Positions 9,886-18,455 of a stretch of 54,642 nt of DNA are shown here, piece by piece (within the stretch, counting starts at the first letter, position 1; every line of letters starts with the position of its first letter). The position numbers and the translations under genes are program-made. The stretch is from an uncultured virus (IMG/VR IMGVR_UViG_3300036791_001015) (taxonomy: Duplodnaviria; Heunggongvirae; Uroviricota; Caudoviricetes), in IMG/VR virus record IMGVR_UViG_3300036791_001015; one strand, 5' to 3'. The notes below the pieces were generated by a model that worked only from the letters and a program-made list of their open reading frames with translations, was not told where the DNA came from and did not search any database.

Positions 9886-9903
9886 GGGGCTAAAGCCCCA
9901 TAT
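9874..9903 (+). promoter_or_regulatory. Sigma70-type promoter
   Basis: CTTGAC-N18-CCATAT then AAGGAGG RBS. Confidence 0.65.
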
Positions 9904-9926
9904 GTAAACCGAAGGAGGGCGGTCCG

Positions 9927-10040
9927 ATGATGATGTTCGTGATGGCCGTCTTGTTCGCCTCGTTCGCTGCCGGCGCCTGGACCAGTGGGTCCACATGGGG
10001 CGAGGAGGTTTTCGGGAAATTCGAGGCGGTGGAGGCCTAA
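9927..10040 (+). CDS. Small hydrophobic peptide (37 aa)
   Basis: AAGGAGG RBS; MMMFVMAVLFASFAAGAW. Confidence 0.55.
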   Translation: MMMFVMAVLFASFAAGAWTSGSTWGEEVFGKFEAVEA

Positions 10041-10041
10041 C

Positions 10042-10149
10042 ATGCTTGAAGCTGTTGCCGTTGCTCTGGTTGTCGTCGCGCTCTGGTACATGTCGGCGAT
10101 GGAGGCCAAGGAGCCTCACCAGTATCAATCATCTCAGGCGCTGGGTTAA
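10042..10149 (+). CDS. Small membrane peptide (35 aa)
   Basis: GGAGG RBS; MLEAVAVALVVVALWYM. Confidence 0.55.
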   Translation: MLEAVAVALVVVALWYMSAMEAKEPHQYQSSQALG

Positions 10150-10160
10150 GGGAGATCACG

Positions 10161-10388
10161 ATGACGATCAAATGGACACGGGAGCCGGATGCCGATCCTG
10201 GCTTCTGGGATAGCGCCGATGGCCGGTTCTCGATCTGGCCCCGGTTCAATCACTCGGAGAGGCCGTCGAGCTACCGGGTGCGGGACAACGCCGCAAAATA
10301 CGAAACCACCCACTACACCCTGCGGGACGCAAAAGCGTGGGCGGTGCGGCAGGCGGCGCGGAAGATCAGCGTCCCAACGGTGTTGTGA
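10161..10388 (+). CDS. Hypothetical protein
   Basis: GGGAGA RBS. Confidence 0.7.
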   Translation: MTIKWTREPDADPGFWDSADGRFSIWPRFNHSERPSSYRVRDNAAKYETTHYTLRDAKAWAVRQAARKISVPTVL

Positions 10389-10594
10389 TGAACGGATTGA
10401 TCCCAAGCGAGATAAAGGCGCTGGCCGAAATCCGCGCCGCGTCTAACGTGTTTGCCGCCTCGCATGACCGCGCCGATTTTGACGCGATGAAGCGGCTCGC
10501 CACCAAATGGGTCAAAGCCAATGCGGCGCGGGCGGCAAGGCGGCGGAGCGCGCTGCGCACCGTGCGGTTTGCCTACGCGCATCTTCCCGGTTGA
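10388..10594 (+). CDS. Hypothetical protein
   Basis: TGATG coupling. Confidence 0.6.
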   Translation: MNGLIPSEIKALAEIRAASNVFAASHDRADFDAMKRLATKWVKANAARAARRRSALRTVRFAYAHLPG

Positions 10595-10650
10595 ACAATC
10601 GTGGAAAACATGCTATATGTAAATCGGACGCGGGAAACGGTTTCCGGTCC
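10590..10650 (+). promoter_or_regulatory. Promoter plus conserved bulged hairpin (copy 2)
   Basis: GTTGAA-N17-CTATAT-N7-GGAC G CGGGAA ACGG TTTCCG GTCC. Confidence 0.85.
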
Positions 10651-10669
10651 CAACAAGGAGGGCAAATTC

Positions 10670-11542
10670 GTGAAGCTCTACTGGGCCTACGGGTCAAATC
10701 TCAACAAGCGGCAGATGGCAAGGCGCTGCCCTGCGGCGGTGCCGCTGGAGGCGCTGACCGTGGAAAATCTCGTCTTGCGGTTCCGTGGCGTGGCCGATGT
10801 CGGCTATCTCACCGGAGCCTTTGCCGAGGGCGCGCTGTGGCTGATCACGCCAGCCTGCGAAAAGGCGCTCGACAGCTATGAAGGCGTCGGACCGGGCGGC
10901 TACGCCGGTCTCTATCGGAAGGTTTATTTCGACTACACCGATCCGGATACCGGCGAGACGCACAAGGTGCTCTACTACAAAATGAACCGCAGCGGGATCA
11001 TGCCGCCGGGCGAGCCTTATCTCGACAGCATCATCGAGGGCTACGCGGATTTTGGCATCGATACCCATCGGCTGGTCAAGGCGGTCGAGCATTCCTGGCG
11101 CAAAAAGCAGACAGAGGGCATCAACGGTTTTATGTCGTACCGCTGGCAAAAGGCGGGCAGGCCAAAGATGGCGCGGCCCGATCGGGTGGCGATGGTCTAC
11201 GAGGGCACCGAGCCAAGCGAGATCATGCCGCCGATCCAGCGCGACGATCTGGACGACAGCGAACTGCCGCCGTTTAATCCGCCGCCGCGCAAAAAGAAGA
11301 GGAAGATGCGGTCTGTCGGCGAAGAGCCGATGCCGGATGTCTGCCTGCGCACCGATCCGGATAATCCCAACTACTGCCGTGCGGTCACGCTGACCGAGAA
11401 GGGCGAGGATTATTTCGCCGAGAATATCAAGGCCAAGAAGCTGTTCACCGAATGGTGCTTCAAATTCTCGACGCACGTCGTCGCGGGGCTTTTGCAAAAG
11501 AAGCGGCTGACCGTCGCCATCCTTGAGAAGCTGCGCAAATGA
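10670..11542 (+). CDS. Gamma-glutamylcyclotransferase (AIG2-like/GGCT) with a C-terminal extension
   Basis: YWAYGSNLN..QMARRCP, LDSYEG and YLDSIIEGY motifs; AAGGAGG RBS plus GTG start. Confidence 0.9.
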   Translation: MKLYWAYGSNLNKRQMARRCPAAVPLEALTVENLVLRFRGVADVGYLTGAFAEGALWLITPACEKALDSYEGVGPGGYAGLYRKVYFDYTDPDTGETHKVLYYKMNRSGIMPPGEPYLDSIIEGYADFGIDTHRLVKAVEHSWRKKQTEGINGFMSYRWQKAGRPKMARPDRVAMVYEGTEPSEIMPPIQRDDLDDSELPPFNPPPRKKKRKMRSVGEEPMPDVCLRTDPDNPNYCRAVTLTEKGEDYFAENIKAKKLFTEWCFKFSTHVVAGLLQKKRLTVAILEKLRK

Positions 11543-11856
11543 TCTGCCAGACATGTCAAGGCGACGGTCGGCGGCTCAATCCTGGCCTACAGGTCACGGT
11601 TCACGACGAGCGCGTCGATATCCACAACGCGGCGGGGATGCCGGTCTTGGTCGAATGCCCCGAATGCCGAGGCAGCGGCAAGGCCAACGGCAGCGAACCG
11701 TTGCAGCGCATGCGGCTGACGATCGAGGACGTGGACGGGATGATCAGCGAAGTGTGGGCTTGTCAGCCGATGCTCAAAGCCAAGCGCGGTGCGCTGCTCA
11801 ACCGGCTCTACCGCATCCGCCACAATCTGGAAATTCTGCGGGGCGCAAATGGCTGA
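11539..11856 (+). CDS. DnaJ-type Zn-finger protein
   Basis: CQTCQGDG...CPECRGSG. Confidence 0.7.
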   Translation: MICQTCQGDGRRLNPGLQVTVHDERVDIHNAAGMPVLVECPECRGSGKANGSEPLQRMRLTIEDVDGMISEVWACQPMLKAKRGALLNRLYRIRHNLEILRGANG

Positions 11857-12073
11857 TTATGACATCATCGTACTCTTCGAGGATGGCACGCGGGAGGCGA
11901 TCCCGGTCGCCGCCAGCAATCCCGTCTGGGCGGTGACCGCCGCGACAAACCGCATGCTGCTGTGGGATAGGGACAAACAATGTCGCGTCACCAGCCTGTC
12001 GATTGTCCCGCCCAAGCGCAAAGCCACGATCATGCCGATGCCGCGCCCAGCCCTGCGCCGCCCCGCAGCATGA
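11849..12073 (+). CDS. Hypothetical protein
   Basis: Coupled ORF ending PRPALRRPAA. Confidence 0.6.
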   Translation: MADYDIIVLFEDGTREAIPVAASNPVWAVTAATNRMLLWDRDKQCRVTSLSIVPPKRKATIMPMPRPALRRPAA

Positions 12074-12303
12074 GTGAACCGGAACTGCTGATGGAATGTC
12101 GCAGCGCGTTGGGCTACACCCAGCAAGGGCTGGCAAAATTTATCGCCTATCGCGACGATCGCATGATGCGGCGCTGGGAGAAGGGCGATAAGGACATCCC
12201 GACGCTCCTGTGGCTGGTGCTCTTTTACATGCTGCGCGACGGTGGCAAGCGCGAGCTTATGAACCGCGTCCACGGCCTCATTCAGGCCAGGAGATCAGGC
12301 TGA
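12070..12303 (+). CDS. XRE-family HTH regulator
   Basis: RSALGYTQQGLAKFI...MMRRWEKG. Confidence 0.8.
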   Translation: MSEPELLMECRSALGYTQQGLAKFIAYRDDRMMRRWEKGDKDIPTLLWLVLFYMLRDGGKRELMNRVHGLIQARRSG

Positions 12304-12521
12304 TGGCCGTTGTCGAATGCCAGATCGACTATGTTGAACTGGAAAACGACGATGGTCTTCAGATCGACGGCGTGCGGGCGATCTGCGAGCGCTGCGAGCA
12401 CGAAACCGAAAGCTTTGGCACCACGTCAGCTAGCGTGCGGCGATGTCTTGTTCTGATGCGCGAAGAATGTCCAAGGGAAGAGCACAACTACTATCTCGCC
12501 GTTGATGGAGAGGTAAGCTGA
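12303..12521 (+). CDS. Zn-binding hypothetical protein
   Basis: AGGAG RBS; CERC. Confidence 0.65.
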   Translation: MAVVECQIDYVELENDDGLQIDGVRAICERCEHETESFGTTSASVRRCLVLMREECPREEHNYYLAVDGEVS

Positions 12522-12700
12522 TGGCCGAAAGAGTGAGCATCAGTGAGCAAATGGTGGATATCACCCGGCCACAGGGGGAGGTGGAAATCATGTATTCTGG
12601 TGGTGTTCTCTGGGTTAACGTAGACGGCATCTGCCGCCTGCGCTGCACCCAGATCAAGCCGGAATTGCTGACATGGAACATCGATCCGGAGAAGCACTAA
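12521..12700 (+). CDS. Hypothetical protein (59 aa)
   Basis: TGATG coupling; MAERVSISEQMVDIT...LWVNVDGICRLR. Confidence 0.6.
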   Translation: MAERVSISEQMVDITRPQGEVEIMYSGGVLWVNVDGICRLRCTQIKPELLTWNIDPEKH

Positions 12701-12795
12701 AGGACCGGCTCGCTTGGTCGCAGGCGGCGCTGGTGATCGCTGGCCTGTCGATCGTCACGTGGGGCCTCGTTATTTTCCTGATCTGGTTGGCCTAG

Positions 12796-13725
12796 ATGAT
12801 CCTGTGGCGACAACTGCTCGACGCGATCGGCGTGCGCTGGATCGATCGCGGGCACAACACCGCACGCGGTCACGTCAACATCCAATGCCCGTGGTGCGGC
12901 ACCGCCGATCCGAGTGCCCATCTGGGGATCGAGGAGGCCACAGGGGCCTATTACTGCCTGCGCTCGCAGCCGCCGCATGCCGGTTATTCCACGAAGTATC
13001 TGCTGGGAGCGCTGAACGTCCCGTCGTTTCAGATCGACGCGCTGCTGCGCGATTTCTCGGACGACAGCGAGCCGACGCGCACACCGCGCTACCATGAGAC
13101 AACCGACTGGGACCGGTTCCAGAGCGCCGCCGATCATCCCGCCGCGCTGACCTATCTGAAGGAGGAGCGCAGGATTGATCCGCCTGCTATGATCGCCCGC
13201 CGCTACGACATGCGGTTTACCACGGTGGGCCGTCATAGTTGGCGCATCTTGTTGCCGCTGCATCTCAATTTCGCGGTCGCCGGCTGGACCGGGCGGGCGA
13301 TCACCGATCGTCAGACACCGCGCTATCAGGCAAACGATCCCACGGAGGGAGCCTCGCTCTACGTCCCGGTTTATCCAACCGAGGCGACACAAATTATCGT
13401 TGTGGTCGAGGGACCGTTTGACGCTATCGCCATTACCGACGCCTTTCACCCGACGCACGAAATCATCGCGGTCGCGGTAATCGGTCTTAACATCAGCCCG
13501 GTGCGCCGCCAGCATTTGGCCGATATCATCAACTTAGCCCAAGCACCGCGCGTCCTGCTGACGCTCGACAATGATCAAGGGCCGCACATCGTCGCGAACT
13601 TCAAGGCTGCTCTTGCACAGGCTACGGGCATTCCTTACCCTCGTAATTTCCCGCTGCCGCTTGCCGTCAAAGATGCGGGCGACATGTCGCGGACACAAAT
13701 TCGGGCGTGGCTAAAACCCGCCTGA
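12796..13725 (+). CDS. DnaG-like DNA primase (Zn finger plus TOPRIM)
   Basis: CPWC...YYCLR Zn-binding region; WTGRAI; VVEGPFDA, LDND and KDAGD TOPRIM motifs. Confidence 0.85.
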   Translation: MILWRQLLDAIGVRWIDRGHNTARGHVNIQCPWCGTADPSAHLGIEEATGAYYCLRSQPPHAGYSTKYLLGALNVPSFQIDALLRDFSDDSEPTRTPRYHETTDWDRFQSAADHPAALTYLKEERRIDPPAMIARRYDMRFTTVGRHSWRILLPLHLNFAVAGWTGRAITDRQTPRYQANDPTEGASLYVPVYPTEATQIIVVVEGPFDAIAITDAFHPTHEIIAVAVIGLNISPVRRQHLADIINLAQAPRVLLTLDNDQGPHIVANFKAALAQATGIPYPRNFPLPLAVKDAGDMSRTQIRAWLKPA

Positions 13726-14297
13726 CCATCTATCAGCGCGCGAGGGGGCGACCTGTGGAAGGCTTTGAACCACAATGGCAAGGCGTCTTCGAAAATTGGA
13801 TGCGATCGTATCTACGAGATCACTACTGGAAAGTCGAACAGGAACTGACCCTTAACGAGGCCGTGCAGGAGGGGGCCGAAATCTTTGCGTGGTGTCTGCG
13901 CAAGACCACATCACGGGGAGGCCGGATCGATAACAACAAGTGGTTCATGCGCTATTTCCAAAGGGCGGTAGGCACGTGGCTCATCGACACAGCCGCCAAG
14001 GCGACCGCCCGCAGGGAGACCTTGTTGACCCTGACCCAGCAACAGCCGATCGCCACCGTCGAGCCAGACGGTCCGTTGTTTGCCGCGCTCAGCCAGGACA
14101 CCTCCCATGAACTGCGCACCGTCCTGCGCTTTATTATCGAGACCCCCAGCGAGTATTTCCTGGGTCTGCTGCTGCGGCCCGGCCCGGATAACATCTGGTC
14201 GCGGCGGATGTGCCGTCTCTGTGGCATCCCGGTCAACGAGAATATCATCAGCGAACTGCGCAAACTGCTAAGCCTTGAATATCGGGGCCGCAGTTGA
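13707..14297 (+). CDS. Possible sigma-factor-like protein (region 2-like)
   Basis: EAVQEGAEIF...FMRYFQRAVGTWLID resembles sigma region 2; weak. Confidence 0.45.
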   Translation: MAKTRLTIYQRARGRPVEGFEPQWQGVFENWMRSYLRDHYWKVEQELTLNEAVQEGAEIFAWCLRKTTSRGGRIDNNKWFMRYFQRAVGTWLIDTAAKATARRETLLTLTQQQPIATVEPDGPLFAALSQDTSHELRTVLRFIIETPSEYFLGLLLRPGPDNIWSRRMCRLCGIPVNENIISELRKLLSLEYRGRS

Positions 14298-14302
14298 TAT
14301 AT
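14274..14302 (+). promoter_or_regulatory. Sigma70-type promoter
   Basis: CTTGAA-N17-ATATAT. Confidence 0.55.
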
Positions 14303-14332
14303 TAGACGTTACACCTTCGAAAGGAGAGCCAC

Positions 14333-14860
14333 ATGGCAGTCGAAGCCGAAGTTGAAACTATCGAGACGGTCTGTGACGAATTGCTTGCCGCAATCCGTCA
14401 GCACAAGCCGAAATTTCGCCCGCAGAAAGAGACCGAGAGCGACGCGGAATACATCGAGCGTGTCCTGCAAGCGATTGCCGACATCCCCGATGAAATCTAC
14501 AACAAGCTGTCGCCCGAGGCGCTGCAATGGTTTGCCCAAGCAGCCGAAACCACCAATGCTGGGGAACAAGCCGAGCCGCCGGATGGCTTTGTGTCTGCCT
14601 TCAAGCCCAAGAAGGAGCCGACGCCAAAGAAGCTGATCACCCGCGAAAAGCCGGTCAAGGAGACGCCGCCGACGATGGGAGCACTGATCCGCCGCGCGAT
14701 CATCGACAACCGCGATATCTCGGTGCAGGACCTTGAGACTATGCTGGCAGCGGCAGGCTTTACGGATATCAAGCGCACCACCGTCTTCTCGTTCCAACGT
14801 GGCTCGCTCGATACCCTCAAGGTCGCCGAGCAGATGGGGCGTTTCTCCTGGCCAACGTAG
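14333..14860 (+). CDS. Hypothetical protein
   Basis: AAGGAG RBS; 175 aa. Confidence 0.75.
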   Translation: MAVEAEVETIETVCDELLAAIRQHKPKFRPQKETESDAEYIERVLQAIADIPDEIYNKLSPEALQWFAQAAETTNAGEQAEPPDGFVSAFKPKKEPTPKKLITREKPVKETPPTMGALIRRAIIDNRDISVQDLETMLAAAGFTDIKRTTVFSFQRGSLDTLKVAEQMGRFSWPT

Positions 14861-14883
14861 CGCCGAGCCATGCAAAATTTCCA

Positions 14884-14917
14884 ATGGCCCCCGATTAATA
14901 GCGGGGGCCATCTTTTT
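14884..14917 (+). terminator. Intrinsic terminator
   Basis: ATGGCCCCCG-N8-CGGGGGCCAT-CTTTTT. Confidence 0.7.
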
Positions 14918-15113
14918 GGGGTATAGATATCCAAGCAAGAGTAACACAAGCTTGCGGCCTTGGTCCGTAGTCTGCCCGCTGGTCGTGTAGCAACATCAGG
15001 GGGAAGTGCAGTGACCCGCCGCTGGGCGTGTGGCTACCGAGCGACGGAGTGTCGGTGGCACTTGGAGTACATGATATGAACGACGCTGTCATGGCCAGCC
15101 CCGAGGAAGCGGC

Positions 15114-15401
15114 ATGAAAATCGGTAAACGGCTCACTGTTCGCGATCTGAAAGAGGACATTAACGTCGTCCTTTTTCCACCACAGTTTCACCATGACGGG
15201 AAATCACCTGTCCCTGTGTTTTCGGTGATGATGGTGGATCGCAAAGGTCATCCAACGGTGGCCCCCGAGGGCCAAGTGTCATTTGCCTACTGCGTTCCCC
15301 CCGATGCCAGGACGTTCTGGCTTGGTTACCAAATCCGGGGCGACCAACTCGTTGATCAGCGCGGCACACTGATCCGCGTCCACGAAGCGGAGACAGAATG
15401 A
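15114..15401 (+). CDS. Hypothetical protein
   Basis: GAGG RBS. Confidence 0.6.
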   Translation: MKIGKRLTVRDLKEDINVVLFPPQFHHDGKSPVPVFSVMMVDRKGHPTVAPEGQVSFAYCVPPDARTFWLGYQIRGDQLVDQRGTLIRVHEAETE

Positions 15402-15706
15402 TCGAGTTCACGCTCAAGCACCCACGCGCAACACACGACATGCTGGGCTATCTGCCGCAGTGCTGGGACGCGCGCAATCCGCAGTCGGCCCGCGAGCAGG
15501 CCGATGCCAATTACAGCCACGGCGGCGGCTGGGAGCCGTTCCACGGCTTCCGGATGACCAATCGGGGCCTGGAATATCCTGGGGACCCACCGATGGTGCT
15601 GATCGCCGAGGCAAAGCTGCGCGACGAGACGATCCGGCTCTACGATTGCTCCTGGGTGGCGATCGTCCAGCCCGATGGTAGTTTTGAAGCTTGCAGGATG
15701 GATTAG
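15398..15706 (+). CDS. Conserved phage hypothetical protein
   Basis: NYSHGGGW...YPGDP...WVAIVQPDGSFEACRMD. Confidence 0.75.
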   Translation: MIEFTLKHPRATHDMLGYLPQCWDARNPQSAREQADANYSHGGGWEPFHGFRMTNRGLEYPGDPPMVLIAEAKLRDETIRLYDCSWVAIVQPDGSFEACRMD

Positions 15707-15841
15707 GTGGGCCGGGATTAGGCACCGGGGCAACGCGTCGTCTGACATCCAGCGGGTAGGAACGGAGTAACGATCCGTCGCAAGGCTTGTGCCCCGAACC
15801 CGGTAGCCAACGTGGCGGCGTCCCATCAACGGAGAGAAGAC

Positions 15842-16078
15842 ATGATCAAGGGCAGGGGCAAACGCGGCGACCGAGATACCATCATTCTCGGTCTGTCGTT
15901 TGAGAACCTAAGGCGATTGAAGCAAGACAAGCCCATCGTCATCTGGAAAGAGGAAATGGACTTGCCCCACGACATCATCATCTTCGCCGAAGAGACCGAG
16001 GCGAAGCTGATCGAGGCCGTCCGCAATCCCGAGACCATCATCCACGATCAGCACACCAAGCGTCCGCTGAAGAACTAG
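15842..16078 (+). CDS. Hypothetical protein
   Basis: GGAG RBS; ILGLSFENLRRLKQDKPI. Confidence 0.7.
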   Translation: MIKGRGKRGDRDTIILGLSFENLRRLKQDKPIVIWKEEMDLPHDIIIFAEETEAKLIEAVRNPETIIHDQHTKRPLKN

Positions 16079-17061
16079 ACCGGCAACAGGTTATGCCCAA
16101 TCGTTGATTGCGGCACCCGCTGATAGACGCGGATGTAGTCGGCGTCGAGCGAGCGCGGCAGGGCCGCGTCGTTGACGCCATAGCGCCCCGCCCAGGAGCC
16201 GCCGACCGCTAGATTAGCAAAGAGGTAGCAGCCGGGCATCGGCTGACCGTCATCCGCCACCCAGTCGTAGTTGAAGGCGAGGATCGGCTTGCGGTCGAGA
16301 TAGACGATCGCCTCAGGCCGCTTGTAGTAAAGCCCGTAGGTATGAAAGCCCTGCGACAGATCGGCGTCGCTCCAATAATACATCCACTGCCAGTTAAAGC
16401 CTTCCGCCGCCCACGTTCCGGCAAAGCCCTGCGGATTGGTGTCCCACTGCATGACCTGACCGGTGCAGTGGAGCATGTGGTTGGTATCGTCCTGGCCGTT
16501 GTTGACGATCTCGCACTGGTCGATCTCCGGAGGCCACGGGATGGACTGATCGTCGCCAGGATTGCGCTCGCTGCCAGCAATCCAGAAGCCCACCCAACTG
16601 CCGAGGAAATCCGGCCCCTTTAGCCGCCCCTCGAAATACCACTCGTTGCCATCGGCGATCGGGAAGCAGTCTTTTGAGCGGATCATCCCCGAGGGCCAGA
16701 ACTGCCCATTATGCGGCTGCGCCGTCAGATGCAGCACCGAGCCGTCGAGCACGTGGTTGCCGCTCTCGCGGTAGCGCTGCCATTCGTCGTTGAGGTAATC
16801 GAGCGTCCCGCCTTCATAGACATAGCGCGTCCACCAACGCTGCATATCAACGTTGGACATGCTGAAATTATCGTTGAGCAGCACCCGCCAATCGGGCGTC
16901 AGGCTCATGACCGGCGGTGGTTCCTCGCGCGGTGTCCGCGCCATCGGTGTCGGCTTCCAGTTGCGATCACCGGGATACATCCGCATCGGGCGCGGATGGG
17001 TGGGCGACCGGCGCGGCTTTTTCAGATCGTGACCGGGATAGGTATGCGCGGTTTGGGCCAT
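16075..17061 (-). CDS. Glycoside hydrolase family 16 (beta-glucanase-like)
   Basis: SGMIRSK, YFEGRLK, GSWVGFW, WPPEIDQCE (ExDxxE catalytic motif), FHTYGL, NLAVGGSW and DYIRVYQ. Confidence 0.9.
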   Translation of the reverse strand: MAQTAHTYPGHDLKKPRRSPTHPRPMRMYPGDRNWKPTPMARTPREEPPPVMSLTPDWRVLLNDNFSMSNVDMQRWWTRYVYEGGTLDYLNDEWQRYRESGNHVLDGSVLHLTAQPHNGQFWPSGMIRSKDCFPIADGNEWYFEGRLKGPDFLGSWVGFWIAGSERNPGDDQSIPWPPEIDQCEIVNNGQDDTNHMLHCTGQVMQWDTNPQGFAGTWAAEGFNWQWMYYWSDADLSQGFHTYGLYYKRPEAIVYLDRKPILAFNYDWVADDGQPMPGCYLFANLAVGGSWAGRYGVNDAALPRSLDADYIRVYQRVPQSTIGHNLLPV

Positions 17062-17070
17062 GTCGATCTC

Positions 17071-17235
17071 CTATTTCGGATCAGCGGCGAGTGGCTCGAT
17101 CGTCTCCATTGCCGGGAACGGGCGCACGGGATGCAGCACTGTCTGCCACTGCGACGGCGGCGGCGGACGCAGTGCGTTGAGCGCGGCAAACGTCGCGCCG
17201 AGAAAGACCACCACCGCGATAATCGCCGCTCTCAT
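17071..17235 (-). CDS. Small membrane/secreted protein (54 aa)
   Basis: MRAAIIAVVVFLGATFAALNAL; its stop overlaps the AGGAG RBS of the GH16 gene. Confidence 0.55.
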   Translation of the reverse strand: MRAAIIAVVVFLGATFAALNALRPPPPSQWQTVLHPVRPFPAMETIEPLAADPK

Positions 17236-17379
17236 AGTTCCCAGCATAGCTTTTGATTGTGACCGCCAGCCGCCGGCCCGCTACCGCGCTGGCTCTGTGC
17301 GCTCAATTGGGCGGGCACTCCCGCACAGCGGACCGGATTATGCCCCGAGAAAATAATATCTCCAAAGCGCGATTTATGA

Positions 17380-17408
17380 CTTGAATTTTGACGGGCTACG
17401 CTCTATAT
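17380..17408 (+). promoter_or_regulatory. Sigma70-type promoter
   Basis: CTTGAA-N17-CTATAT. Confidence 0.8.
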
Positions 17409-17434
17409 GTAATACGAAAGAAGGAGGACCGATT

Positions 17435-17749
17435 ATGCGCCGCGTCCCAGGCGATATTCCAGCGGCGGCGATCCGCCGCCGCTGGGTGCGCTCACAGGCC
17501 GAGCCTTTGGAATTTCACGGCACCCGCAAGCAATGCTTTGACTGGCTCTCCAGCCTTGGCTTTCGCCGCGACGAGATCGGCTGGCACAAGGGCAACTGGA
17601 CGTACAGCCTCAGCCAGAATGCTGGCGAATTCAGCATCAAGGCGTGGGAAATATCTGTGGTCCTGCCACGAAAAAAACGCGCACAAGACCTTGACATACC
17701 TGCCGATATAACCCATATATATAGCGAAGAAGAAAGGAGCGACCAATGA
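17435..17749 (+). CDS. Hypothetical protein
   Basis: AAGGAGG RBS. Confidence 0.65.
   Translation: MRRVPGDIPAAAIRRRWVRSQAEPLEFHGTRKQCFDWLSSLGFRRDEIGWHKGNWTYSLSQNAGEFSIKAWEISVVLPRKKRAQDLDIPADITHIYSEEERSDQ
17690..17718 (+). promoter_or_regulatory. Sigma70-type promoter
   Basis: CTTGAC-N17-CCATAT. Confidence 0.75.
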
Positions 17750-18213
17750 CGTTGTTCATCGATCTCGATGGCGTCTTGGCCAATTTTGATGCTGGCTACG
17801 CTGCCATCAACGGGGCACCGCCCTGCAAACACCTCGATGATGTGGACTGGGAGAAGATCAAGGCGGTCCCCGGTTTCTACGCCAATCTGCCGCCCATGCC
17901 CGATATGGAGGCCCTGTGGGCTTACGCCTCGACATGGTCGGATGTGGTGGTCTTGACCGGTGTTCCCAAGAGCGTCCCCGAGGCCGCAGCAGACAAGCGG
18001 GCCTGGGTGACAAAGCACCTTGGGGCGCATGTAAAGATGATCGCCTGCTTTTCCAAGGACAAGAGCCTGCACATGAAGGCTGGCGATATCTTGGTGGACG
18101 ATTGGGAGAAATACCGGGAGCACTGGCTGGAGGCCGGCGGCGTCTGGATCACCCACGTGAACGCAGCGGCGAGCGTCGCCGCGCTAAAAGAGCTAGCCTG
18201 GAGCATGTCATGA
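17746..18213 (+). CDS. HAD-superfamily 5'(3')-deoxyribonucleotidase (NT5C-like)
   Basis: FIDLDGVLANF, LT, K and ILVDD motifs. Confidence 0.88.
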   Translation: MTLFIDLDGVLANFDAGYAAINGAPPCKHLDDVDWEKIKAVPGFYANLPPMPDMEALWAYASTWSDVVVLTGVPKSVPEAAADKRAWVTKHLGAHVKMIACFSKDKSLHMKAGDILVDDWEKYREHWLEAGGVWITHVNAAASVAALKELAWSMS

Positions 18214-18449
18214 CCGATGATATCTCTCGCGAGCTTAATACAAGAGAGCAGATCGCGCGCATCGACCGCTCGATGGCTGAATATCACAAATTCGCCGCTG
18301 AGGAGGAAAAGCTGCGCGCGGAGGCGCACAAATTCTACACAGAAGAACGCAAGCTTAACCGCGAACGCTGGTGGTTCCCTTGGTTACAACTGATCACCAC
18401 CGTAGGCGGCAGTGCGCTCATCGCCGCGATCGTCGCCAAACTACTGTGA
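18210..18449 (+). CDS. Coiled-coil plus C-terminal TM protein (paralog A)
   Basis: Heptad region, WWFPW, then a hydrophobic helix. Confidence 0.75.
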   Translation: MTDDISRELNTREQIARIDRSMAEYHKFAAEEEKLRAEAHKFYTEERKLNRERWWFPWLQLITTVGGSALIAAIVAKLL

Positions 18450-18455
18450 GGCATC

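Noticed and set aside
15030..15062. Resemblance to the tracrRNA 3' hairpin (GGCACCGAGTCGGTGC)
   Set aside because: Short, interrupted similarity; no cas genes or anti-repeat
15800..15820. TAGCCAACGTGG resembling a tRNA D-arm
   Set aside because: No T-arm (GTTCRA) or cloverleaf; no tRNA gene was found in the window
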